A stretch of 62,396 bases of DNA, filler included, from Collodictyon triciliatum (lineage: Eukaryota), in assembly GCA_043381765.1 (NCBI GenBank). It is 13 parts of 13 records of this genome, joined end to end, with 100 filler letters (N's around TTAATTAATTAA, not from the genome) between each part and the next. Parts side by side here need not be neighbours in the genome. Positions count along the whole stretch, not along the records: positions 39,920 to 44,804 come from JBHJMP010005679.1; positions 44,905 to 49,783 come from JBHJMP010005680.1; positions 49,884 to 54,784 come from JBHJMP010005681.1; 10 more parts are not named here. One strand, given 5' to 3'. The notes under the pieces were generated by a model. It had not been told where the DNA came from and ran no database searches. It worked only from the letters and a program-made list of their open reading frames with translations. The first letter of the stretch is position 1. Each line of letters opens with the position of its first letter. This document shows positions 40,771 to 52,397 of the stretch, piece by piece. Both the position numbers and the translations under genes were made by a program.

Positions 40771-42663
40771 ATGACGAAAAGAAAACGTCTTCAGTCTCAG
40801 AATCTAAAGTCTGTAAAACCAGACTATAGTAATATGAAAACATCTCTAAAGTCGATTGTTAAGAATCTGGATGGCTATGACAAAATCAACGATACGGTTT
40901 ATCGTGTCATAATTCGGTTACCGACACTTATCTGTCTGCAAGATGTTACCTAATGAAATCACAACTCCCAACAATCGATGAAAAGTTTTTTTTTTTTTTT
41001 TTGTACGCTTTAAAGACTGTCGGAATAGTTTCATAAGATAAAGCCAGCATCTCCACCATCCTGTACAAAATTGAAAGGAAGAATAATAATAATAAAAAAA
41101 TAATCCACATATGAGAGATGACATGGTGACATTTTATCTTAATGATTTTCTATTCCTTTTGTCCCAAGAAGAACGCTTTCCGTTGGTTGGACTGTCTCAT
41201 ACATTACCGTACTTGGCGAAGCAAGTGCTAACAGCTTATCATGATAACATTAAGGAGCATTTGGTAAAGAGGCTACTGCGCTTTATAAATCAAACAGTTC
41301 CTAAAGATGAGAATATTACGGAAGCTATTAAAAAGCCAGAGTTACCAAAGTTGAAAAAAAAAGCCATCTTCAGGAAACTCGAAATACCGAAACAATACAA
41401 AGGATGGACAATGACGCATTTGCATCATATCATTCCCAGCGATATTGTAAATTGTATCAAATAAATCGTCAAAGTCAATCCAAATAAGTACATTCCATAT
41501 CCGATTTACATGTATCGCATTTTTGAGGACATTGGAACCAAACGGTTTCAACCAGTTTCTATAAGAACTACCAATATACGTGTCATTTGCTCTAGATACT
41601 GCATGTTTGATAGTTCTATTAGTATTATATGGAAAACATTATTAATGAAGAATATATCAGGAAGCAAAGAGACACTTTGGGAAAAGTTATTTGAAATGAA
41701 GAAGAGGGTCTTTCATCAAACAGACTACATTTTTAAATAGATGATACAAACAGACGGTGGTGTGGTGTCATTATTGTTTGAGAAGAAAGGTATTTCAAAT
41801 TCAAGATTCAAATATAACCAAATGCCCCAAGAATATGTTTATACAGATGAACTTTCCAAAGGCAGTTATCTTTACTAGCGAAAAAAAAATAATAGTTGGA
41901 GTGGACGCAGGCAAGTTTAATTTTGTTTACATGGTGGGTGAGACAGGTAAGTAATCACGCTACACGGCTCACCAAACAAGACATGATAGCAAATCTCTTA
42001 AAAATTACAAAATACTCTTGCGCGAGAAAAAAAAAGTACAATTCTTTAGATTTATTCATGACGACAGATTTATAAAGTGCTGTTTCTTTTGGTCATATGA
42101 CTTTTGAAGAGAATAAGCAGTTTGAGATATTAAGAGTATCTTTTAATGGATTTAGAGACAGAACTGAGTAAACATAATTCATGCACAGTCGATTATGGAC
42201 AATTTCGAAAATATGTATCTATGAAATTAAGATTCCAGATAGAACTATCCAGATTTTATGAACGAATAACTTTTCGAAAGATGAGATGGAGATAGTATGT
42301 AAATACAAAAAGAAGTGAAGAATTGTTTATGGACCGAATCGAAAAGACATTTGGCAAGGATGTTGTTCTGGCGTATGGAGACTGGAGCAGAAAATGTCCG
42401 ATGAGCCATTTTATGCCAACAATCGGAAGGGGATTACGAAAAATAATATCCAAACGTTTTGAAACAGTTAGCGTAGATGAATTTAGAACCTCCAAGATGT
42501 GTTGCAACTGCGAAAAAGAACTGGAATATATAATACTGAAAGGAAACTCAAAAAAATGTATAGATGCCTCATATGTAAAGTATGCAATCGCCCAGAAAGC
42601 AAACAAAGTGTATTCTTGACAAGGGACTTTAACAGCGCTAATAGTATACTCAAGTTCTTTTAA
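40771..42663 (+). mobile_element. Fanzor1 (eukaryotic TnpB-like RuvC nuclease), full length but disrupted by stops and frameshifts
   Basis: N-terminal KTSLKSIV..KINDTVYR; EHLVKRLLRFIN; IQTDGGVVSLLF; RuvC-I IVGVDAG (D at 41904); LAYGDWS; RuvC-II VDEFRTSK (E at 42479); zinc finger CCNC..CKVC; RuvC-III TRDFNSANSI (D at 42625). Confidence 0.88.
41043..41100 (+). repeat. Same dispersed repeat, inside the Fanzor coding sequence
   Basis: GCCAGCATCTCCACCATCCTGTACAAAATTGAAAGGAAGAATAA is nearly identical to 44320-44365. Confidence 0.75.
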
Positions 42664-42830
42664 TCCTTCAAAAATGCATACACCTCTCTCTAAAAAACAG
42701 GCTGTCGAGCCTTTCCTGGCAGCCTTCACCACTACACGACCTCTGTGAAAATAGTGGTGAGACCTTGGATACTAGCGCACCAAGTTTGCCAATCGACAGA
42801 TGGTATACCCCTAGTTGAAAGTAAATGGCC
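42664..42830 (+). ncRNA. Candidate Fanzor omegaRNA scaffold region
   Basis: Three tandem stem-loops just 3' of the Fanzor ORF: AGGCTG/CAGCCT (42699-42725), TCACCACTA/TAGTGGTGA (42726-42760) and CTTGG/CCAAG (42764-42784). Confidence 0.4.
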
Positions 42831-43332
42831 ACAAGCAATGACAGATAATCATTCTTGGTATGATTTGTTCACGAATGCACATGCTGGGCTACTTCGTAAG
42901 TCAATCAACTGCAGCTTCAACCGCGACCTCGACTGAACCGAAACAAAAACCTACATCCAAAATTAACAAAAAACAAAAAACAAAAAACAAAAAACAAAAA
43001 ACAAAAAACAAAAAACAAAAAACAAAAAACAAAAAAACAAAAAACTATTGATGAACTTAAGGTAAGTTATCTTGTATCGAAGCTTCAGAGACCCAATAAA
43101 GAAAAAGGATTTTATACAAGAGTTTGATAAGAGGATTTGGGTTTGAAAAGAGAATCATAAAAGAGGCATAGCTTATAACATAGTTTCAAGTGAAAATTAA
43201 GAAACAATGAGGTGTCAACGAGAAGTCACAGCACACAAGACAAAAACAAAATCCTCAGAGAGAAGAATATGAAGAGAACGAGACTGGATATATCTTCAAG
43301 AGACTGTCATATCTCATGTCTCTAGAAGTATC

Positions 43333-44516
43333 CTAGGCGCTGCTCTGGAATCGCACACCGTCTCCTTCGTTATCTAGATGGCCTTTTTCTTCCGATTCCC
43401 CGGCTAGCTCAGAGTCAGTTTCACTGCTCGATTCATCATCGTAGGCGCGTTGCTCTCGACTGCAAACGGCGAGTAATTCTGCATCGAGAATTCTTCTTGC
43501 AAAATACCCAACGTTGTCATCCGTATCCTGGTTCTGTTTTAAAACCGTCATTTTGACGTGAAAAAATAAGAAAAAAAAGAAATGATTGATGCAAAATATC
43601 GTTACATAGGTATATTGGTACCGACCTGCCAACTACACACAAAAATGGCCCTTTCTCTGAGACTGTTAATCGTTTCAGGTTTACAGGATTCGTTGAGTCC
43701 TTGAATGGCCTCTTCATACTCTTTGAGAGTGAGCTCTGCCTTGACTCTCTGCGGATTAGAGTTAAAATATAAAAGGTACTCTATCGAATAGAGACGGATA
43801 AATCTGTCTAGTACATCAGCTGGCACAGAGAGCCTTACACACAGAAAAGAAAAAGGATGTATAGATAACCTTGTTGAGAAGAGACCTCGGTCGCAAGTTG
43901 TGTTTTCGCAAAACCATAATAAAGTTTGAAATTGTGATAACATCATCAGCACCTGCATTCAATTCGCGAAACATACCCAAAGCCTGTATATAATGAGGAT
44001 TACTACATCGCGATAATATTTCCAAGGAGAAAAAAAATTAAGGAGAGATTAAGTCACAACTTTGAATCGAATAAAGAAAAAAAAAGGGGAGTTCAATCCA
44101 TAATAAGTTTTATATGATTAACGCGCCAAGCAGATAAATAGAATATTCGGTTACTGAAAGGATACATACGTACCGCTCTAAGAGATATGGTCGAGTCAAT
44201 AGCTTGAACAGCTGCCATAAACTCTTCGAAACATAATACTGCATCACGATTGATATCGGCTGCTTGAAAAAATTGGTCCATTGACTAAAAAAAAAATTAT
44301 AAAATAGTTTATTTGAATAGCCAACATCTCCACCATCATGCACAAAATTGAAAGGAAGAATAAAATTTTTTTTTGTTTATCTGAATGAAACACAGTCAAA
44401 AGGGTTCCCACATTAGTTGTGGTATTCCAAAATATAGTCAATACCTTCTGGTCTTCCGTATCTAGCTGAATCCAAATATTGAGGAACATGTGAGTGAGAA
44501 GGTCAAAATCGATACT
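43333..44516 (-). CDS. EF-hand protein, 3' exons
   Basis: FQAADINRDAVLCFEEF and MFRELNAGADDVITISNF lie in separate exons. Stop at 43333. Confidence 0.65.
44320..44365 (+). repeat. Same dispersed repeat, in an intron of the EF-hand gene
   Basis: GCCAACATCTCCACCATCATGCACAAAATTGAAAGGAAGAATAA. Confidence 0.75.
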
Positions 44517-45526
44517 ACAAAGTACGAATATACGTAAATGATAACTTTTATTCCATTATGGAAGATGTACAATTCTTTGGAAAGCAAACATGAACTTCAA
44601 ACCTATCACCCACTGAGAATTGATAAATCTGCTTCCTAATATCTTCCCTTATCTAATAAATATCAATCTATTTAAATACATTGAACATAGTGTTTTTATA
44701 TTCTCAAAAGAAAGAGAAAGAGAAAGAGAAAGAGAAAGAGAAAGAGAAAGAGAAAGAGAAAGAGAAAGAGAAAGAGAAAGAGAAAGAGAAAGAGAAAGAG
44801 AAAGNNNNNNNNNNNNNNNNNNNNNNNNNNNNNNNNNNNNNNNNNNNNTTAATTAATTAANNNNNNNNNNNNNNNNNNNNNNNNNNNNNNNNNNNNNNNN
44901 NNNNAAAAGATAAAAGATAAAAGATAAAAGATAAAAGATAAAAGATAAAAGATAAAAGATAAAAGAAAAAAGAAAAAAGAAAAAAGAAAAAAGAAAAAAG
45001 AAAAAAGAAAAGATGGGACAATTGAAAAAATATCGATTAACTAGAGACCCCCGCGCGGCCCAGTATCTATTGTTAACCAAAGATATTATCAGCCATCAAA
45101 AAAATATAATAAACTAATAGCAAACATTATCTACCTAGACCAGGTATAACCGCCCCATCATTTCTACCAAGCATAATACCACTCCCCTTCCAACGCAGAA
45201 GAAATCACGCCCAAAGCACCGCCCCTGTAAAACAACCTGAATAAATAGCCACCCCATCCAAAGCGTCGGTCATGCGCTCGCTGGTTTCTTTTTCCACTAC
45301 CGCCTGTCACTTGCAAGTGGTGGCACTCCTTGACAGCATTTTCTTGACTCCTTATCCTGAACTCCTCTTTCATAAACTCCCTTGGAACAGCACGTTTTGC
45401 GACTCAGCCACGCACCATAACGCAGCCCCGTACACATTCAGGCTCGGCAAACCACAGCAGCCAAGGCGAAGAGCCCATCCGCGATTGATTCTGCCTCGAT
45501 AGGAAAAAGCAGCGCACCTGACTGGA

Positions 45527-48500
45527 ATGAGTGTTGATCTGAGCCCGTACCGCGTCTTTGGGGTGTATGTCTTCCGCAACGACACGTCCGCACAGATTGC
45601 ACAAAGCCGAAGCCCTGCGAATGTGACTCCCGCTCAAACAGCGCCGGGCACGCCGTCCTCGGCTCAGCTCTTGGTGTTTGGCCAGGGCGATACGCTCCAC
45701 GCTGCCGTCAGCCACACGCCCGAGACAGCAGATGAAGCGCTGCTGCGTCCTTCGAATCAGGCAGCACAACACAGGTCGCTGCATGTGCAGTCTGCTTCGC
45801 CTCCGCTGATAACAAAAGGTTAATCCCTTTTCTCCTGTCCCACTTCATTTCTTTTAATGCATGCCGACATGATAGACATTGAATATATATACAAGGTGTT
45901 GTTGCTTGTTGCTTTGTCTTATATGTAAGAGAAACTAGGTGATACGTAAACTGATGTCAATATTTTCTTTTATCTTTGTACCGTAACGCTCATAGTTATT
46001 TTCTGATTTATCCGCTTGTTGTTTATTTAAGTTATTTCCCCTAGTTTGTGTGGTATTGATAAACATCAGGTGTATTTGTTGGCTTCATTGCTATTCATAA
46101 GCATACCATTTTGTATTATATCTAGTAATATTCCATCGCAATGATATTCTCGACCGAATTGATGGGCTCTTAAACTCCTTGAACCACGAGAAGCTAGTCC
46201 AAGTTCAACTGGATGACATATTTTCTCAAAGTGATTTTTTATATTATATGCACATACATCATGAACACGTACATCTTGTTGTCATTCTATATGAAGAAAT
46301 AAATTAATTCCTCAGATATTCGTAATTTACAATCTTATATCCCTAATTTTTTTAGATAAAAAAATTCTAACATCATATGGTTCATGGGTATTTATTAACA
46401 AGTTTTATAATATGATTTTCTTCAAAGTATGAACCAAGAAAAAAAAAAGGAGATTGTTTCTTCAAACACTAGCATTGATTACATATTGAAAGATTTTTCA
46501 GACAAGTTATGTAATTACTGAACCTAATATGTTTTTCGATATCGCTTTGAAAACCGCAAACAAGGTCGAGTTCTTTGCCAACGAACATGTGACCATCGGA
46601 GCCACACTTAGTCAAGGAGTTAACATAATGTAGGTTAAGCTTGAGTCATATTCTAGTATTTTTAGCGACTCTATTACTTTCCTATAAATATATATTTTCC
46701 TCTTTTACAAATTTCTTTTCATAGAGTTCTAGTGTTGTCGGACAGAGGATGCTCAACTATAAAAAATCGCACTTCTAAGCTGATGAGGTATTCTATTTGA
46801 TGATAATACGATGCAGTATTTTTCAACTCAACAATTATGATCAACTTCTCAACAATTTTAATTACTTAATCATCATATATTTAATCTTATAATCCATTTT
46901 TAACNNNNNNNNNNNNNNNNNNNNNNNNNNNNNNNNNNNNNNNNNNNNNNNNNNNNNNNNNNNNNNNNNNNNNNNNNNNNNNNNNNNNNNNNNNNNNNNN
47001 NNNNNNNNNNNNNNNNNNNNNNNNNNNNNNNNNNNNNNNNNNNNNNNNNNNNNNNNNNNNNNNNNNNNNNNNNNNNNNNNNNNNNNNNNNNNNNNNNNNN
47101 NNNNNNNNNNNNNNNNNNNNNNNNNNNNNNNNNNNNNNNNNNNNNNNNNNNNNNNNNNNNNNNNNNNNNNNNNNNNNNNNNNNNNNNNNNNNNNNNNNNN
47201 NNNNNNNNNNNNNNNNNNNNNNNNNNNNNNNNNNNNNNNNNNNNNNNNNNNNNNNNNNNNNNNNNNNNNNNNNNNNNNNNNNNNNNNNNNNNNNNNNNNN
47301 NNNNNNNNNNNNNNNNNNNNNNNNNNNNNNNNNNNNNNNNNNNNNNNNNNNNNNNNNNNNNNNNNNNNNNNNNNNNNNNNNNNNNNNNNNNNNNNNNNNN
47401 NNNNNNNNNNNNNNNNNNNNNNNNTTTTTTTTATCATAATAGAACTTTAGACTCAGAGCTCAGAGATACAACACAAAGAGTACCATCGTATCGAGATTTG
47501 AATAAGTGTTCTGATAGGTGCTTAGGTACAAATCATTCAAAATCACCTAATTTATGTTGCTGTGGTAACTTATCACCTTTTGTGACTAGTTATATGTCGA
47601 AGATATATATCTTCCAGCGCAATATATACAATCAATGGTGCTCACATCGCAAATTTATGGTCTTGTATATTGGAGATTATATCAGATTACATATCGAATT
47701 GGAGTTCAAGTTTTCTGAAGTGCTTCCTCATCACCATATTGCTTTGACGAACGAGCACTCTCTTGAATCGGATAGACCGCTATCTATGATATCTGATCTG
47801 GCGGATAAAGTGAGTTTTCTTTGGAAGTTCGATGTATCTTGAATAAAAAATAGATAAGTAAATAGGTAATAAATGAGCCAGTAAATTGATAAATAACCCA
47901 ATAAGTTAATGAATAAGCCAATAAATATTAAATAGACAAAACTGTACCTCAATCATCTTTAGCTGAATTCTATAGCTCGACCAATCACAAAAAGATTAAT
48001 CAGTGCATTTATCATTCAACGAATAAATATTCAATTTGAAACGTTTCCACACAGCTCCGTATACTAGGTATTTGGCCAAAAGATTCCTTCTGGCCAACAA
48101 CGGCGGATATGAGCCCACAATTTCATGAATCGGGCTCTTGGAGATTACAAAACTCTGTTGCCACAACAACTGTGTGTTTATTCATATAGTTATATCATTC
48201 GCAGCAGCCTGAGAAAATTATCGATATTTAAAAGTGACCACTGAAGCAACACATGCTTGACTCAATCCAATTCACAATATTTATCCACCTTTACGATTGA
48301 AATTCACAACACCGCACTCATTAGATCCAGTACAATTTATCTGATTATGCCTTATCACTTCGAACAGAATACTTTAGTCGTGAAAGAGACCCTGTAAGTA
48401 TGGTGTCACTAAAAATTATGTGCAATTGGATAATGTGGCGAATATCGCCCACGGATGTAAAATTCCCTTTAATATTTAACTTACTGATGACATGTGCAAT

Positions 48501-49400
48501 TTTGTGTATTTCCGTATTTGATACGTATTGATGGTACTAAATCTTGATTTAGTCAAGTATATGGAACATGCCGATATATGAAATGGCTGTCAGTATCGGA
48601 AGGGAGGACTCAATATCTGACGTTGTAAGCTTCCTTCGCTTGTGTTCTAACAAGGTGAGCATTTCTTTTTCAGATTCGGGTAACAATCATGTCAATGACA
48701 TAAATAAAGCAATCGATCCACAACTCATTCTAAAAATATTAAAGCTTTTCTTTTTTGGTACTTGACAATTTTTATTCTGAATATGCCCCATTTGAGTAAT
48801 TATGGATAAAAAAAGTCTATTTTTCCGATAAATGAGATATAGATTTAATTACTCACTATTATTTTAGGGACTAATTCAAACAGTGAGAAAGTTGAAAAAT
48901 ACAGACATATTTACATTGACTCTAAAAGGCTATAATATTTTGTCTATCAGAGACAAAGCAGCATTTTGGAAGGTCCTCAAATCAGAGTTTTTATATTTCA
49001 TTTGTTTTATTTTTATATTACATGACTTTTATCCCTTTCATATCAATTTCTTTTTCAATTTTTTTTTGGGATTAATGGTTTTACCTGAGCAGAAAAAGTC
49101 TGAACAGTGGAAGCTAGGTCGGGTGATAGACTTCTCTCCACTATTAAAGGCGATGATGTCTGTAAATACAGTTGAACACGCCCAAAAGCTATTAAAAAGG
49201 ACTTCACTTTCGAGTATTGTATGTTCTTGTCTTTTTTTTTTTTTTACGCCTTCCTCCTCTATATGGTCCATGATTCAAGCGAAGCAGTTGAAAAATTCGA
49301 TACCATATTTTTACTTCAAAAAACCAAATAGATACTTGACTCGCTGTTTGCAAAGTGCCTGGCATTTTTGCTTGAAGATGGGATTATAAAACAAGTATTT
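45527..49400 (+). CDS. Hypothetical multi-exon protein spanning an internal scaffold gap (46905-47423)
   Basis: GC-richer first exon from ATG 45527 ending at a GT donor, then several short helical-looking exons. No family recognised. Confidence 0.4.
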
Positions 49401-49687
49401 TTAGTTCCGAGGTTGGTAATATACCAAAAATCGGTTTGACTTTTTCAATTGAATATGAATAAGCAGTCATAACGAGTTATCGTTCCATAGTATCAGGAAA
49501 GAAAATTATTGTATCTACCCATGCTATCATATGCTATTAAATATACTATAATATTATGGCCCGATTTGTGAGGCTAAATAACGGCCTCATCGACCGCGAC
49601 CTGGCACTGTCAAACCTGGATGAAAAGGCCACTGACCGCATTAGTATTATTAGAAAGTATTAGCCTACCCAATAGCGCAATTTTAAT

Positions 49688-49783
<96 letters not shown>

Positions 49784-50162
49784 NNNNNNNNNNNNNNNNN
49801 NNNNNNNNNNNNNNNNNNNNNNNNNNNTTAATTAATTAANNNNNNNNNNNNNNNNNNNNNNNNNNNNNNNNNNNNNNNNNNNNCTTTTTCTTTTTCTTTT
49901 TCTTTTTCTTTTTCTTTTTCTTTTTCTTTTTCTTTTTCTTTTTCTTTTTCTTTTTCTTTTTCTTTTTCTTTTTCTTTTATTACCCTAACTTTTTTCTCTC
50001 TTTTTCTCTTATTTTTTCTCTTATCTGTTTTCTCTTATCTTGTTTGCTTTTCTTTTTTATTTTTGAAAATAATTCGCAATTACAAAGTTTTACTGTGGAT
50101 TTATCATATTTTGGAAATAATATTATTTTTGAATAGTACACTGCTTGAAGCCAGAGCAAAAC

Positions 50163-52130
50163 ATGTCGTAAATATGCGCGAATGTATTATTCAAAAGTTT
50201 CCCATCGTTTCCATCTGCAAGCAATGCTGACCCATAGCTGAAATGTGTGATAGATGTGGTTTTCAAGATGTAAAAACCTCCAAAACGCACGAATATATCA
50301 AAGTTGAGAATATAGAGTATGACGCTATCAAGGAGGACGACTTGATTGGGGAGATGGAAAGGAAAATCAACGCAATGGCTGATATCAAGTCAAAAGTCGA
50401 GAGCGAAATAAAAAAGGTTTTCTCATGAAGTGCTCATGCTATATGTTTCTTCTTTTTTCTGTTTACTTCCTCAAATATTCAATTCCTTAGATTGATGATG
50501 AGGAGCGAGACCAAAATGCAAAGATCGACAACTTGTACGATGATATTGTACAAAAAGCAGCACAGTTGAAGGAGAAGCTGAAAGAGACTGTAATCATTCC
50601 TCTTGTCATTATCGTTATTGTCCGATATTGACAATGCAAATGGGTTTTTTTTTTGTGTGTGTGTGGCTGTTTCCATAATTCACTAAACATGGAAAATGAT
50701 ATGATGATAATGAATTCAGGCTATCGTAGCCTTGCAGCCAGCGAGCAGCAAAATCAAGTACATATAGCATCGAATGGCGGTATCAGAGAAAATTCTAAGG
50801 CACTCCATAACCACGCTCAGAATGTCCAAGGAGATATACGAGCGCGAAAGAGTCGTGACCTAGCTTTTCAAGAGCGCCATGTTTGCTCGCACAGCTTTGC
50901 AGATAGACATAGAAGAAGTCGGCAATGTGGATGTGGAGAAGCCGAAGCAAGCATCGAGATTGGCGGCAACGTTGTGATAGAAGAAGGCGGGGCGCATGTG
51001 CTGAAGGAAATCCACGCAAAGTGTGAGTCGGCCTTGGAAGAGCTGCGAAGAGAAAACGCCTAGTGGCAGACACATGGACGAGACAGACAAGCACATGAAA
51101 GAGTTGGAGAGTGAGGTACAGGAGCATCGCGTAATGAAGGAACAGATTGCAAAGATGTAACAAGGGAAGATGAAAGAGGAGGAAATGAAGAACAGAATGA
51201 ACATAGACTTGTATCAGAAGCCGTGGAAATACAACATCAAAGACTATGTGTTTCAGAAGAAGGTCGGGTCAAATGGAAGTGGAGCCCAACATTTTTCTTA
51301 TCCATGGGGAATCGCAGCTCGTCCAAAGACAAATCAGATGTTCGCAGTTAATTGTGACAACCATCGAGTTCAAGTTCTAAATGAGGATTTGAGTTTTTCT
51401 CGCACAGTTGGCACGAATGGCACGAATGGCCCAAGTCAATTCAGCAATCCAATCGGAATCGCCATTTCGCATGATGGGTGCATCGCTGTTTGTGACCGTT
51501 CCAATCATCGTGTGCAAATCTTTGATGATAACTTCAAGATGATTAAGACAATCCAATCGGGTCCCAAAAGAAGCGCACAAAGCACAGAATCCAGTGAGTT
51601 TGGTGAATTATCCAATCCGTTTAATCCATGCTTTGATAGTGAAGGCAATCTTAATGTTACAAACAATGGCAAGAATCAAGTGGACAAGTTCGACCGTGTG
51701 TTTGAGTAAGAACGCTCGTTTGCGAGAGCATCCTCTGGCGATGAAGGAATCGCATCCCCGGAGGGCATTTGCGTGACTGAAAAGAGCGAAGTGTGTGTGA
51801 TTGGACACGGCGGTGACAAAATCAAAATTTATGAAGTGATGGGGAGATGTATGCGCGCTGTCAGAATCAATAATGTGTCGGGTCGTGTTTCGATTGCAGA
51901 TGGTCCGAACAACACAATTGTAGTGAGTGAATGGAATAATCATCACATCCGCGTTTATGACACGACAAAAGACAATGTCGTTGTTCACACGTTCGGCACA
52001 TCGTCGCAATCTTCATCAAATGATGGACACTTTTATCGTCGGATGTGAGTCTGCTTTGGACTGAATCAGAAACTCTATGTTTGTGACAATGCAAAATCAC
52101 CGCATCCAAATGTTTGGCAAAAGCGAATGA
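50163..52130 (+). pseudogene. B-box/coiled-coil/NHL-repeat (TRIM-NHL-like) pseudogene
   Basis: B-box-like ICKQC*PIAEMCDRC...H, a coiled coil, and NHL repeats (FSYPWGIAA...DNHRVQV; FSNPIGIAIS...DRSNHRVQIF). Several in-frame TAA/TAG/TGA codons and frameshifts. Confidence 0.8.
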
Positions 52131-52283
52131 GAATATAATTGGAGAGAATGACGGAGAAAAATCCTCAAAGGAGGATAAAAAGGCAAAATAAGAAAAGTCT
52201 GATTGAATAAAAGCAAAATAGATTAATCGCAGCTATTTGTGTGTATTTATGAAAATACCTAATAGTAAAAATGGATGTGAATA

Positions 52284-52397
52284 TTTGATTTGATTTGATT
52301 TGATTTGATTTGATTTGATTTGATTTGATTTGATTTGATTTGATTTGATTTGATTTGATTTGATTTGATTTGATTTGATTTGATTTGATTTGATTTG
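52284..52397. repeat. (TTTGA)n microsatellite
   Basis: Direct reading. Confidence 0.95.

Noticed and set aside
50720-51710. Stop-codon reassignment suggested by in-frame TAA/TAG
   Set aside because: The same gene also has TGA stops and frameshifts, and intact long ORFs elsewhere lack internal TAR.
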